This document shows positions 14,405 through 27,139 of a DNA stretch of 64,000 nt, piece after piece. The DNA is from Eledone cirrhosa. Taxonomy: Eukaryota. Location: positions 188,108,001-188,172,000 of the forward strand of contig OZ024743.1 in assembly GCA_964016885.1 (NCBI GenBank), given 5' to 3'. The notes under the pieces were generated by a model, which worked only from the letters and a program-made list of their open reading frames with translations, did no database searches and had not been told where the DNA came from. The position numbers and the translations under genes were made by a program. Position 1 is the stretch's first letter. Each line of letters starts with the position of its first letter.

Positions 14405-14462
14405 CTTTACTTGCTAACATTGTTTCATCCACACTATAAGTGGGACTCATCAGAGCATAAAG
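14405..14462 (-). ncRNA. minimal type I hammerhead ribozyme motif
   Basis: Minus strand reads ctttatgct-CUGAUGA-gtcc..ggat-GAAAC-aat-GUU-agcaagtaaag; stems I and II pair. Confidence 0.72.
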
Positions 14463-15315
14463 GTTAAATTACATACCATACAAGCAATAACAAATCCAAG
14501 ACATTGAAGAATGAAAGGTAATAATAGACTATAGAGGATAAGAATAAAAAGTAAATAAAAATAAAAGTGAAAATAAAAATAAAATAAAAATAAGGGGTGC
14601 TATCTGTCACAGTTGGGCGGTGTGCTGTCAACATATAGTTACATACAAGCATACACATGGATAAGAGAACAGACAAGAGTAGACACATGGATAAGAGAAC
14701 AGACAAGAGTAGATAAGATAATGGGATTAGGTAAGAGTAGGTAAAAAAATATAAGGTAAAAAAAATATAGGTAAAAAAATATGTAAAAAATAGGTAAAAA
14801 ATAGGTAAAAAACAGACTTATAATATATATAAAAAGAAATACAAAGAAATACATAACAAACTTACATATAAAATATAAAATATAGGGTAAGGAATGAGAT
14901 AAAATAATATACAATTAAAAATTAAAAAATTATATACATAGAACATAATATAGTATAATCGTAAAATAAGATAAAATAAGGTAAACTAAAATCAAATAAC
15001 AAAGACTAAATTAAAATTAAAATCAAATGTGTAATTATAATTATATGTATAATTAAATGTAATTAAATGTAATTAAATAAGTAAATAAATAAATAAATAA
15101 ATAAATAAAAATTAAAAATTAAAAATTAAAAATTAAATAAATAAATAAAATTTAAATTTAAATTTTAAAATTTTAAAATTAAAATCCAAATTTAAATATA
15201 AATAAATAAATAAATAAATAAATAAATGGAGTCAAGTAAGTAAATAAATAAAATTAGATAACATGAAATGAAATAAAATAAAATGAAATAAAATGAAATA
15301 AAGTAAATTGAATAT

Positions 15316-15641
15316 ATCAGGGGCCCACGAAGGCACTAAATTTCACAGTTATGTGTATCACTTGACCAATTCTTCAAAATACATTTCTTGAAAACATCAG
15401 GGGCCCACGAAGGCACTAAGTGTCACAGTCACCAGTATCACTTGACCATTGCAAGGCAATGGAGGCGACCCAGGTTGGGCAGTCTCGAAAGTTCACTCGA
15501 AAGTCATGGGTGTGCATTCACACAGTTGAGCGGTGGGGTAATCACAAACGGTTCACACACCAATTTTTTAAAAATATATATTTCTTGAGAACATCAGGGG
15601 CCCACGAAGGCGCTAAGTGTCACAGTCACCAGTATCACTCG
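15316..15641. repeat. three imperfect direct repeats (tcaggggcccacgaaggc.ctaa.t.tcacagt...)
   Basis: Copies at ~15316, ~15395 and ~15592; a second block (agcggtggggtaatcacaaac) is present twice. Confidence 0.85.
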
Positions 15642-16290
15642 AGCGGTGGGGTAATCACAAACCGGTTCAACACGGGCAGGAGTCAAATGGTCAGAAAGGT
15701 GCATCAAAAGAGTTAGAAGAATTCACATGCAAGCGTTAGGTTAAAGCAGGCAGGTACAGTTGTAGCGCATGCAAAATACAAAATATAAAAGCCATTAAGT
15801 CACCGCATTGGGACATCACAAGATTGTACACATCAATATGTTCAGTACGTATATGCACGTACACACATCACATGCACATGCAGAGACGGTATACATATAT
15901 ATATATATATTTTTTTTTATATATATACACACAGACACATATAACCACCTACACCCATACACATATAAATGTATACACGGGCACACACGCACACACACAC
16001 AGAGCGTAGGATACCCGGGTCAAAGTCGATATTAAATACGATATTAAATACAATATTAAATATTAAATATTAAACACCGAAATACCACATTAGATCAGAC
16101 CCACCACCACAGGTAATATATTCAAACAAATACATACGATGAGATGTATTAAAATACAGTTGAAATCCTACGGAGATATTCATGTCTGCACGTGCCATTG
16201 ACCGATTCGAGTGTACACAGACCGTTAGTAACTACTGCCTGCTGGATAAGTGGAGTGTTATACACCCCTGATCCTTTCCCTAGCATACTA

Positions 16291-16337
<47 letters not shown>

Positions 16338-16429
16338 GCACACACACACACTTATATATATATATTTATATATATATTATATACACACACTCACATACGC
16401 GTGTACACATATACATTTATATAAGTCGG

Positions 16430-18210
16430 TATAAAGATAATATATACAAAAAACAAAAACAATGTGGACTTACACATATATATAAACATAATACTACTAA
16501 ATATCAAAAAGCTAAAAATAACACCTATATAAATATAAATAACGCCTATAATAATATAAATATTGAAGCTAAAGATATAGCAAGAAAATTAAGAATAGAT
16601 AATAGAACTGAAAGCCTAGCAAAACGTAAAGTTTATATTACACTTAAAGACATAAAATAGATTTCCATAACCGACATAGTTGTAAACTTATTAACCCTGA
16701 TAAAACAAAAATTGGTCTTGCTAGTAAAAAAATCTTAAGAAATATAATATCATTAAACAATAGGAAGTAAAACAGGATTATTTCAATTCGTTAAATACCT
16801 CCTCCGTTATATCTTGGTTTAATAAAAGAGAAAAATAAGTCTAGATTTACCCAATTTGATATAGTAGATTTATACACTTCTATTACTCACTGCTTATTAG
16901 CCAATGCATTAGAATTTGCTAGAAAATTTACTGATATATCAGACTTAGAGGAAAATGTAATTTTGCATGCGAGAAAAACATTACTTTTTGCCAAAGACGA
17001 AACATGGATGAAAAAAATCAAACCCAGAAAATCCTTTCGATGCCTCAATGGGGTTTTTCGATAGTGCCGATATGTGTGATTTAGTTGTCTTATTCACCTC
17101 CACTCACTTAAATATAAATTCCCCAATCACATTATATCGAGTCGATGGACTAGCAGTCTTTCATACCACCCATGACCATGATCTTGACAAATTTCGTAAA
17201 GATTTGATAAAAACCTTCTATAATCTAAATCTCAAAATCACAATAGATACAAATCTAACTAATGTTAACTGTCTCGATATTGATCTTGATATACTTACTG
17301 CTTCTTTTAAGCCTTATCATAAACCTAATGAAAATTTAAGATATATAAATAAAGGGCCATACTACCCCCCTATAGTATTTAAAAACCTTATCCCGAATGT
17401 TAATCATAGGATATCAACCCTCTCTTCCTCAGAATAAATATTTAATAAAGCTGCTCCTTATAATAAGGCTTTTAAATATAGTGGTTTTAAGGAATCAATT
17501 AAATATTATATCAATTAAATATATACCTAATCCTACTAATATTATTGAACATAGAAAAAGAAAAAGAATTTGCTTTACACCACCCCTTTCATTAGCAGTA
17601 AAACCAAATGTAGGCAGAAAGTTCCTTTATCTCTTTGATACATATTTAATAAATATTTAGTCAAAATTAGCTATTCATGCAGTCCTTCTATGATATCCAA
17701 GATTACCAATAGGAAAATACACAGAAAATACAGGATGTTCATGCAGAAATGCAAGAGAATGTCTTCTATAGGACAAATGTAACATACAATCTATTGTATA
17801 TGAGGCTAAAGTGACACCTGTAAATACCAACCAACCAGCTACTGGTGAGCGATATATGGGTATGACTCAAGATAAATTAAAACAACGATATTACCCATAT
17901 TTATATATTACGCTCCCTTCAGAGATCCTGAAAAAAAGAAAACCACGGCGCCGGCAAACAGAGTGTGGGAGATGAAAGAACGTGGAATTCCATATGTAAT
18001 TAATTGGTTCATTTAGACCAATCAAAAGAATATGCAAAAAGTACAAGAAAATGTACTTTATGCATAATTGAGAAATATAGAATTCTACAAAACCTGAAAT
18101 CTTCAAATACTTGTCTTAACTCTAAAACTGATTTTTTCAGAAGTTGCCTGCATATACATTTGCTTTCCTGTTGGAATAAACATAGCATCAATTTAGACAC
18201 ACCCTGAACA
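16430..18210 (+). pseudogene. decayed Penelope-like element (RT plus GIY-YIG)
   Basis: Fragments KDIARKLRID..YITLKD, MG.FDSADMCDLV, YR(V)DGL, YHKPN..LRYIN, RKRKRICFTPP and C-terminal CTLCIIEK; many frameshifts. Confidence 0.88.
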
Positions 18211-18816
18211 TATATTTCAATTATGAAATAGAATTAGCACTAACTACCCTGAACTTATACATTTAGTTATACCCACAAACTACATTGACATATTGATTAT
18301 GATCACATGCTTTTTGTTATACCTATAACACTCGCATATTGATTATTCTCATCTTTTTCAATATGTTTACTCTATAAGACGCATCCAAATCTCCATCTTA
18401 ATGATATATTTGACAGACATATATAATTTCACATACTTATAACATTTACATATCATTTTTATCAAATCTTACTTCATCCCTAATTATAGCACCGACAAAT
18501 CGTCTCTGCAAATATACTTAACATATTCATAGATATGTAAGAATATTTTGTAGTGCTAATATATTTATTTTTTTCTATGCATGAACTTACGTGTATATGA
18601 GTATATATATGAGCTTATTGTATGTGAATATATTTATTTTTTGTACATACTGTTTTATGAGTATATACGTATGTTTTGTATACTTATGTGTTTATTAAAT
18701 AGGTATATATATATGTATATACCCATATAATATGAGTGTAAATATATATCATATAATATGTATATATTGCCTTTTATATATATATATGTGTGTGTGTATG
18801 TGTGTAATTCGGTGTA

Positions 18817-18870
<54 letters not shown>

Positions 18871-18942
18871 AATGTGTGTATATATATGTATATGTGCACG
18901 TAGATATGTATGTATATATGTACGTATAAATACACACACACA

Positions 18943-19027
<85 letters not shown>

Positions 19028-19190
19028 TATAAGAACAGTTTAAATTTTGCTTAAACTTTAAACTGTTCTTATAATAAATATTTGCTCTACGGGTTTATTT
19101 ATATTTATATATATAATCCTTATCGAGCTATCTTCGCATTTTAGTCTTCACATTTATTAGTACTATATATATATGTGTGTGTGTGTGTGG

Positions 19191-19259
<69 letters not shown>

Positions 19260-19284
19260 CGCATTTGACTAAATAAGGGAGAGA

Positions 19285-19326
19285 AGCTAACAGTCTGTTT
19301 CATGTTGGTTGACGATCATCAGAGCC
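19285..19326 (-). ncRNA. minimal hammerhead-like motif (weak stems)
   Basis: gct-CUGAUGA-14 nt-GAAAC-agact-GUU-agc; a partial inverted copy lies at ~19713-19758. Confidence 0.4.
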
Positions 19327-19384
19327 ACGCACCCCCTGCTTTCGCCGAAAATTATAGAAACTGGATTCTTATTGAATTCCAGTA

Positions 19385-19560
19385 ATAATTGTTTCTACTT
19401 TAGGCACAAGGCCAGCAATTACCCAGTGCATTACTGGTACTTTATTTTATCGACTCCGTAAGGATGAAAGGCAAAGTCAACCTCGGCGGGATTTGAACTC
19501 AGATCGTAAAGGGACGTAACTATGCTGGAAAGCATGGCGTCCGACCCTCTACCGATACTG
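19385..19560 (-). mobile_element. tRNA-derived SINE with target-site duplication
   Basis: B-box gagttcaaatcc and a body shared with other copies; gaattccagtaataat is duplicated at both flanks. Confidence 0.85.
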
Positions 19561-19969
19561 AATTCCAGTAATAATCAGGAGCTGATTATACAGAACGATT
19601 GCCAGTCCAGTAAAAATTAGGTATTAGGATTGGTGCTCTGAAATAGCGATGTATACATGAATGTATGTATAGTATATTTGGTAATATAGCGTATGTTTAA
19701 TTTAAAACATTTAGAAGATCGCCAACCACCGTGAAACAGACTGTTAGCTTCTCTCCCTTCATTTGCCGAAAAGAAGTAAGTAACATAGTCACTACTTTAA
19801 AACTGATAGCCTAAGGTCTTCTTAATGTTTTAAACTAAACATACGGTATATTGCCAAATATACTATACATACATTCATATATATATATATATATATGTGT
19901 GTGTATGTATGTGTGTGTGTATGTGTATGTCTGTGTATGTGTATTTGTGTGTGTATATATATGAATATA

Positions 19970-20050
<81 letters not shown>

Positions 20051-20136
20051 AGGGGGTGAGTTTTATTGTAGTACAATAAAGCAATGCAGATATCGGATAA
20101 GAAGCATTCTACAGTTTGTAGGACTGGAGTATACAT

Positions 20137-21452
20137 CCCAATTGACAGATTTAATTGGTATCTTTATTTTGAACTCTTTGAGTCGGAAAATTCCTCAACT
20201 TTGCGGTGGAATTTATCGTGACGATGGACTCTTTACTATCTTAAATTGCAACATAGTTAACCTTAATATTATTAAGAACAATATACGTAATCTCTTTAAC
20301 CAACATAACCTAAAAATTGAATTTGATAACAGCATCAAACTAGCTAATTTTTTGGATGTATCTCTTAATCTTGACACTGGCCTATATTACCCTTACCATA
20401 AAAACAACCTAAATTATGTTAATTTTAAATCTAACCACCCTACTAATATTAAGAATACTATAGTTAGTAATATTGGAAAAAGAATATCTAACCTATCTTC
20501 TAATAAAAACATCTTCGATGCTAACGCCAATTACTATAATAACGCGCTTTCTAAAGCCGGCTATCCTGATAAAATCAAATATAGTACAGAAACAAATTCT
20601 AGAAAATCTTACAGTAGAATAATTAATCATGATCATTCCAATAACTTTAATAAAAGACCTAGATACAAAAACATAATCTGGTATAATGCTCCTTTCTCCA
20701 TCTCTATTAATAATAATATTCCTAAATTATTCTTTAGTGCCTTAAATAAATGCTTCCCTCCCTCACATATCTATAGTAAAATATTTAACAAACACACTAT
20801 AACCTTTTCCTATTCTACATCCTCCAACATTTCCAGCATTATCTCTAAACACAACAATAAAATACTAAATACTAAATCTCTTCCTTCCAACACTGAACAT
20901 CATAATAATAGTAATAGTACTCCCGACGTCATTGTAAACCCTAGGCTAATTTCTACAAACCCAAATACAACGTCAAACACAACTTCGCTAAATGTTCTTA
21001 ATCCCATTCTAAATCAAGAAACTATTATTCCTATCGCAAATAACTTCTACAATCCAATTCCTTCTATAGATAACACTAGGTCACTCGTTAATAATCTCTC
21101 TAATTGCAATTGCAATTGCCCTGCTAAAAATAAATGTCCTCTCAACAACCATTGTCTTGATAAAAACTTAATTTACGAATGTAAAGTTATAACTGACACC
21201 AATTCCTTCACCTATTTTGGCTCCACTTCCACCTCTTTTAAAGCTCGTCTTTATAACCATCATTCGTCTTTTAAATACAAACTTAAAAGAACCAACACGG
21301 CTCTCTCAGAACTCATATGGTGCTTGAAAGACAAAAATATTAAATATAACATCTCTTGGAAGAAGGTTTCCTCTGCTTCATTCATACTTGAACAGTTCTC
21401 TATCCAAGACTTGCAATCTCTGTCTGAATTAAAAATTTACCATTATATCTAA
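20137..21452 (+). pseudogene. PLE RT/GIY-YIG partial ORF (N-terminus missing, C-terminal frameshift)
   Basis: Open for ~438 codons; the annotated ORF start at 19977 is microsatellite read-through. Confidence 0.85.
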
Positions 21453-22482
21453 TTTAGATTCTATAATAAATAGACGCATTGACTTGTTTTCTATCTGCTT
21501 GCATAAATTCCACAGAACTTTCCATAAGGTATACAGCTAATATCCTAAACTTTATCAATTCAGAATCCTTTTCTCAAAGGCACATATATATATATATACT
21601 TCTTTAAAAATATACCCATCTTTCTACCTTATTTCAAAGTTATTTATCATATTCTATATCATTTCTATTCATCACTTCTCTTTCTTCCTTTTCCTTTTCT
21701 TTTCTTTTGCTTTTTCTTTTAATTTCTAACCCCTAATCTGTACCTTTTCTCACTGTGCCTAACATAGAAACAATTATTACACATACACTATATTCTTACT
21801 TTATATCACCTTGAAAAAATCCTAAGTAAACATAAACATTTTTTTTGACGTTAGATTATTCATCCTATATTCATTTTTTTCTCACTTTCATCTAACTTAT
21901 TCATGCTCATCTCACAATATATCCTTACATTACTTCTGTGTTTTTTTTAATAATACATATCAACATTTTCTTTCCATCGCACATATTATTAAACCCTTAA
22001 AATTATTCTTAATACATATTAACATTTTCTTTCCATCGCACATATTATTAAACCCTTAAATATTATTCTTAATACATATTAACAATTTCTTTTCATCGCA
22101 CATATTATTAAACCCTTCAATATACAAACCTTAACTTTACATTATTTTTCTCTTCGTTAATTTTCAAATTCTTTTAATTTATACATTATCTTCCAACGGT
22201 TTTTCAACCTCTTTATATAAAACAATATATTTTTCTCAGTTATAAAAGCTATCTCTCTCTCTCTATCAGCCATCTCTCCTCCTATCTCATCCTTCCTCAT
22301 TATACTCCTCCCCCTCCACGTTTTACTCTCATCTCCTCCTCTTTTTCATCCTTTCCAACCTCCCCTCCTCAAAAAAAAAAAATGTTTCCCCAATATCACA
22401 CATCAATCTAAAACTACTTTTCATATGTTGATTTAAAACTGCACTATCCACAAGTGTTTTTAACCTTCATATCATGTCCTCC

Positions 22483-22553
22483 TATTTTATCTGATGAAAA
22501 CACAAATGTTATTGCATGATGATATTTGTTTTTGAAATGCGCATAATAAAATA
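22483..22553 (+). ncRNA. type I hammerhead ribozyme in the PLE family B terminal repeat
   Basis: tattttat-CUGAUGA(22491)-36-nt stem II hairpin-GAAA(22534)-palindromic tgcgca-UA-ataaaata; predicted cut after 22545. Confidence 0.8.
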
Positions 22554-22601
22554 CATGGAACTCATTTAACCATCTTTTGATCTTATATATTATATATATA
22601 T

Positions 22602-22811
22602 ATATAGGAAAAGGTATGACCCAGACGGCAGAGCTCAAGCCGTTTCGACACGGCTGTTTCTGGACAGAAATTTCAGTCCAGAAATAGCCGTCAAAACGGC
22701 TTGAGCTCTGCCGTCGGGGTCATACCTTTTCCTATTACCCACTCTACTACCCTAAGTATTGAGTACTCTGGTGCGTTATGGTCCATCAGGTTCCTTACTA
22801 CAATTCCTTCG

Positions 22812-22815
<4 letters not shown>
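22602..22815 (+). mobile_element. PLE terminus family C hairpin element in (TA)n
   Basis: Imperfect inverted arms ~22604-22667 / ~22674-22735 plus an 80-bp extension; homologous to 1621-1775. Confidence 0.75.
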
Positions 22816-22879
<64 letters not shown>

Positions 22880-22885
<6 letters not shown>

Positions 22886-25321
22886 AGGAGGTGAGTTTTA
22901 TTGTAGTACAATAAAGCAATGCAGATATCGGATAAGAAGCACTCTACAGTTTGTAGGACTGGAGTATACATAATATATATGAACAAAAGATGGTTAAAAG
23001 AGTTCCATGTATTTTATTATGCGCATTTCAAAAACAAATATCATCATGCAATAATATTTGTGTTTTCATCAGATAAAACAGGAGGACATGATATGAACGT
23101 TAAAAAACACTTGTGGATAGTTCAGTTTTAAATCAACATATGAGAAGTAGTTTTAGATTGATGTGTGATATTGGAAAAAATATTTTATATAGAGGGGGTG
23201 GGTGGAAAGGATGAAAAAAAGGAGGAGATGAGAGTGAAGGTGGAGAAGGAGGAGTATAATGAGGAAGGATGAGATAGGAGGAGAGATGGGTGATAGAGAG
23301 AGAGAGAGATAGCTTTTATAACTGAGAAAGATATATTGTTTTACATAGAGAGGTTGAAAACCGTTGGAAGATAATGTATACATTAAAAGAATTTGAAAAT
23401 TAACGAAGAGAAAAATAATGTAAAGTTAAAGTTTGTATATTGAGGGGTTTGATAATATGTGCGAAGAAAAAGAAAGAGTTAATATGTATTGAGAATAATG
23501 AGTTAGATGAAAGGGAGAAAAGAATAATGAATTGAGGATGAATAATCTAACGTAAAAAAAAATGTATATGTTTACGAAGGATTTTTACAAGGTGATATAG
23601 AGTAAGAATGTGTTGTATTATGTAATAATTGATTCTATGTTAGGCAAGAGTGAGAAAAGGTACAGATTAGGGGTTAGATATTAGAAGAAGAAGAGAAGAA
23701 AGGGAAGTGATAAATAGGGGTGATGTAGAAAGAGTAGACAAGTATTATAGAATTTGAAAATTAACGAAGAGAAAAATAATGTAAAGTTAAGGTTTGTATA
23801 TTGAAGGGTTTGATAATATGTGCGAAGAAAAAAGAAAATGTTAATATGTATTGAGAATAATGAGTTAGATGAAAGGGAGAAAAAGAATAATGAATTGAGG
23901 ATGAATAATCTAACGTCAAAAAAATGTATATGTTTACGAAGGATTTTTACAAGGTGATATAGAGTAAGAGTGTGTTGTATTATGTAATAATTGATTCTAT
24001 GTTAGGCAGGAGTGAGAAAAGGTACAGATTAGGGGTTAGAAATTAGAAGAAGAAGAGAAGAATGAGTAACAAGTATTATAGAATGTATCCTTTGAAATAA
24101 GGTAGAAAGATGGGTATATTTTTAAAAGAAGTGTATATATATATGTGCCTTTAAGAAAAAGATTCTAAATTGATAAAGAATTGAATATTAGCTGTATACT
24201 TTGTGAAATGTTTTATGGAATTTATGCAAGCAGATAGAAAACAAGTCAGTGCGTCTATTTATTATAGAATCTAGATTAGAGATAATGGTAAATTTTTCAT
24301 TTAGACAGAGATTGCAGATTTTAGATAGAGAACTGTTCAAGTATGAAAGAAGCAGAAGAAACCTTCTTCCAAAAGATGCTATATTTAATATTTTTGTCTT
24401 TCAAGGACCATATGAGTTCTGAGAGAGCCGTGTTGGTTCTTTTAAGTTTGTATTTAAAAGACGAATGATGGTTATAAAGACGAGCTTTAAAAGAGGTGGA
24501 AGTGGAGCCAAAATAGGTGAAGGAATTGGTGTCAGTTATAACTTTACATTCGTAAATTAAGTTTTTATCAAGACAATGGTTGTTGAGAGGACATTTATTT
24601 TTAATAGGGCAATTGCAATTGCAATTAGAGAGATTATTAATGACTGACCTAGTGTTATCTATAGAAGGAATTGGATTGGAGAAGCTGTTTGCGATAGGAA
24701 TAATAGTTTCTTGATTTAGAATGGGATTATGAACATTTAGCGAAGTTGTGTTTGACGTTGTATTTGGGTTTGTAGAAATTAGCCTAGGGTTTACAATGAC
24801 GTCGGGAGTACTATTACTATTATTATGATATTCAGTGTTGGAAGGAAGAGATTTAGTATTTAGTATTTTATTGTTGTGTTTAGAGATAATGTTGGAAATG
24901 TTGGAGGATGTAGAATAAGAGAATTTTATAGTGTGTTTGTTAAATTTTTTACTATAGATATGTGAGGGGGGGAAGCATTTATTTAAGGCACTAAAGAATA
25001 ATTTAGGAATATTGTTATTAATAGAGATGGAGAAAGGAGCATTATACCAGATTATGTTTTTGTGTCTAGGTCTTTTATTAAAGTTATTGGAATGATCATG
25101 ATTAATTATTCTACTGTAATTTCTTCTAGAATTTGTTTCTTTACTATATTTGATTGTATCAGGATAGCCGGCTTTAGAAAGCGCATTATTATAGTAATTG
25201 GCGTTAGCATCAAAGATGTTTTTATTAGAAGATAGGTTAGATATTCTTTTTCCAATATTACTAACTATAGCATTCTTGATATTAGTAGGATGGTTAGATT
25301 TAAACTTAACATAATTTAGTT
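22880..25321 (-). mobile_element. Penelope-like element family B, copy 2 (inverted relative to copy 1)
   Basis: Reverse complement of ~20405-22590 with scattered substitutions and an internal ~360-bp tandem duplication (23388 and 23749). Confidence 0.92.
23010..23080 (-). ncRNA. type I hammerhead ribozyme (family B)
   Basis: Reverse-complement copy of 22483-22553. Confidence 0.8.
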
Positions 25322-25433
<112 letters not shown>

Positions 25434-25929
25434 GTATGTATCTTATCGTCACTGTTCTATGTTCACTCTCCATGTTGGCATGAGCTGGACAAGTCATCAG
25501 GTTCTGAGATAATACATGCCAGATGACCACAATTTTGCTCATACATTTCATATTGGCATGGTTTCTATACGCAAACACACACACAGACGCACATGCATAT
25601 ATATATGTGTGTGTGCACCAAATACACACTTTGCAGTGTGCATTTTATAGTAGCACCAACAGTACCACTTTACAGGGTGAATTGGTTGAATTTTATCGTG
25701 GCACCTGCATTAACAAATTACTGAATCAGCTGAATGCATTTTAGCATGCCAACAGCACTCAGGTGATTTTTGTCTCCTCAGCTGGATAATAAAACGACAG
25801 CAATTGGCATGGGGAGATAAGTGCATGGCAACAGTGGCAAGTGTTTGGATCACAAAGATGGCCTTGTTTGATTTTGTTACAGAAGATACTTAGTTTTTTA
25901 ACTTTGCTATTATTGCATTACTATTTAAA

Positions 25930-26123
25930 GGCAATGGAATGGCAGTATTGGTAGAGGTTCGGATGCCATGCTTTGCAGCATAGAGTTAAGGCCCTTTATG
26001 TTCTGAGGTTAAATCCTGCCGAGGTTAACTTTGCCTTTCATCTTTATAGGGTCGATAAAATAAAGTACCAATAATGCACTGGGGTAATTGCTGGCCTTGT
26101 GCCAAAAGTAGAAACAATTATTT
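25930..26123 (+). mobile_element. tRNA-derived SINE
   Basis: A-box-like tggcagtattgg, degenerate B-box, and conserved body/3' end (gtcgataaaataaagtacc...ggccttgtgcc..aagtagaaacaattatt). Confidence 0.85.
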
Positions 26124-26540
26124 AAGTGCTTTGTACCACCACATTCACACTGCTCTTTGAAATTACTTACATTGCATTTGATTTTTAAATGCTTGTTGGA
26201 ATTATACCAGTCATGGTATTCATATTATCTGGCTGATTATAGGATTAAACTGAGCTTGAAGCATTATTTATAAAACTCTTCATTTACCTGGATATTTTCC
26301 CTTGTGATATATGCATATATATAAATATATATGTATGGGGTTGATGGCTGAGAGAAAGAAATATCTAATACCGATGTAGAGTTTAAATATTCATTTTACT
26401 AAGGCTAAATAGTGAGTATTTTTACTCTATAGAATGAATATTTAAACTCTAATATTAGTCATGATGACACTGTGATAAACAGGCAAAATTCCAGACTAAA
26501 AAAACTCATTATTTAGCCTGAATAAAATGAATATATATAT

Positions 26541-26830
26541 ATCATCATCACTGTTTTACATCCATTCTTCCGTGCTAGCATGGGTTAGATAGGTTGTCCT
26601 GTTGTGGGCAATGCCAGATCAGGTGACCATGTCTTGCTCATATAGAACTGATTTTGGCTGATTTCTACTACTGGATGCCCTTCCTAACACCAATCTCACT
26701 TTCAGTGAATACTAGGTGCACAACCACTTTACAGTGGTAGGGGGGGGGGGCATACTGTCTATATGCTTCAGCTTCGACTTGTACCCATGGTAAGTCGGGT
26801 CTTCTGTATTACTGCATAAGGCCAGAAATC
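26541..26830 (-). mobile_element. RTE LINE 3'-end fragment
   Basis: Conserved blocks shared with 34450-34845 and 48730-49140. Confidence 0.75.
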
Positions 26831-27139
26831 TTCATAAAATATACTTATAAATATTATCTTTATAATATTAAAACACACCAATAGAATAGACCCAATCGTA
26901 TATATGAATCTCTCACTTTAACACATTTATTTTTCTCACATTATTATATTATAGATACTCCCAAAATATATAATTAAATAATAAAATAAATAAAAATAAA
27001 TATAATTATTTCATTCTCTCTACACCCTCACAAATATGCTCCATACAATTATATACATATATTCATATTAAATAGTCTAATTTTAACTATAATATTTTTT
27101 TTTCTTATATTCTTTCCTTAAATTTATTCCACGCACCTG

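Larger units (their letters stand above)
20043..22590 (+). mobile_element. 5'-truncated Penelope-like element family B, copy 1 (C-terminal RT plus GIY-YIG, terminal repeat, inverted terminal fragment at 5' end)
   Basis: ORF to 21452 contains YRDDGL, FLDV, SNHP, IIWYNAPFS, CNC..CPL..C and IYECK..YFGST..FKARLYNH. 20043-20136 is the inverted terminal segment seen at 32180-32268. Confidence 0.92.

Noticed and set aside
19977-20136. N-terminus of the 491-aa ORF
   Set aside because: It is (TA)n plus an inverted terminal fragment that happens to be in frame; PLE homology starts at ~20137.
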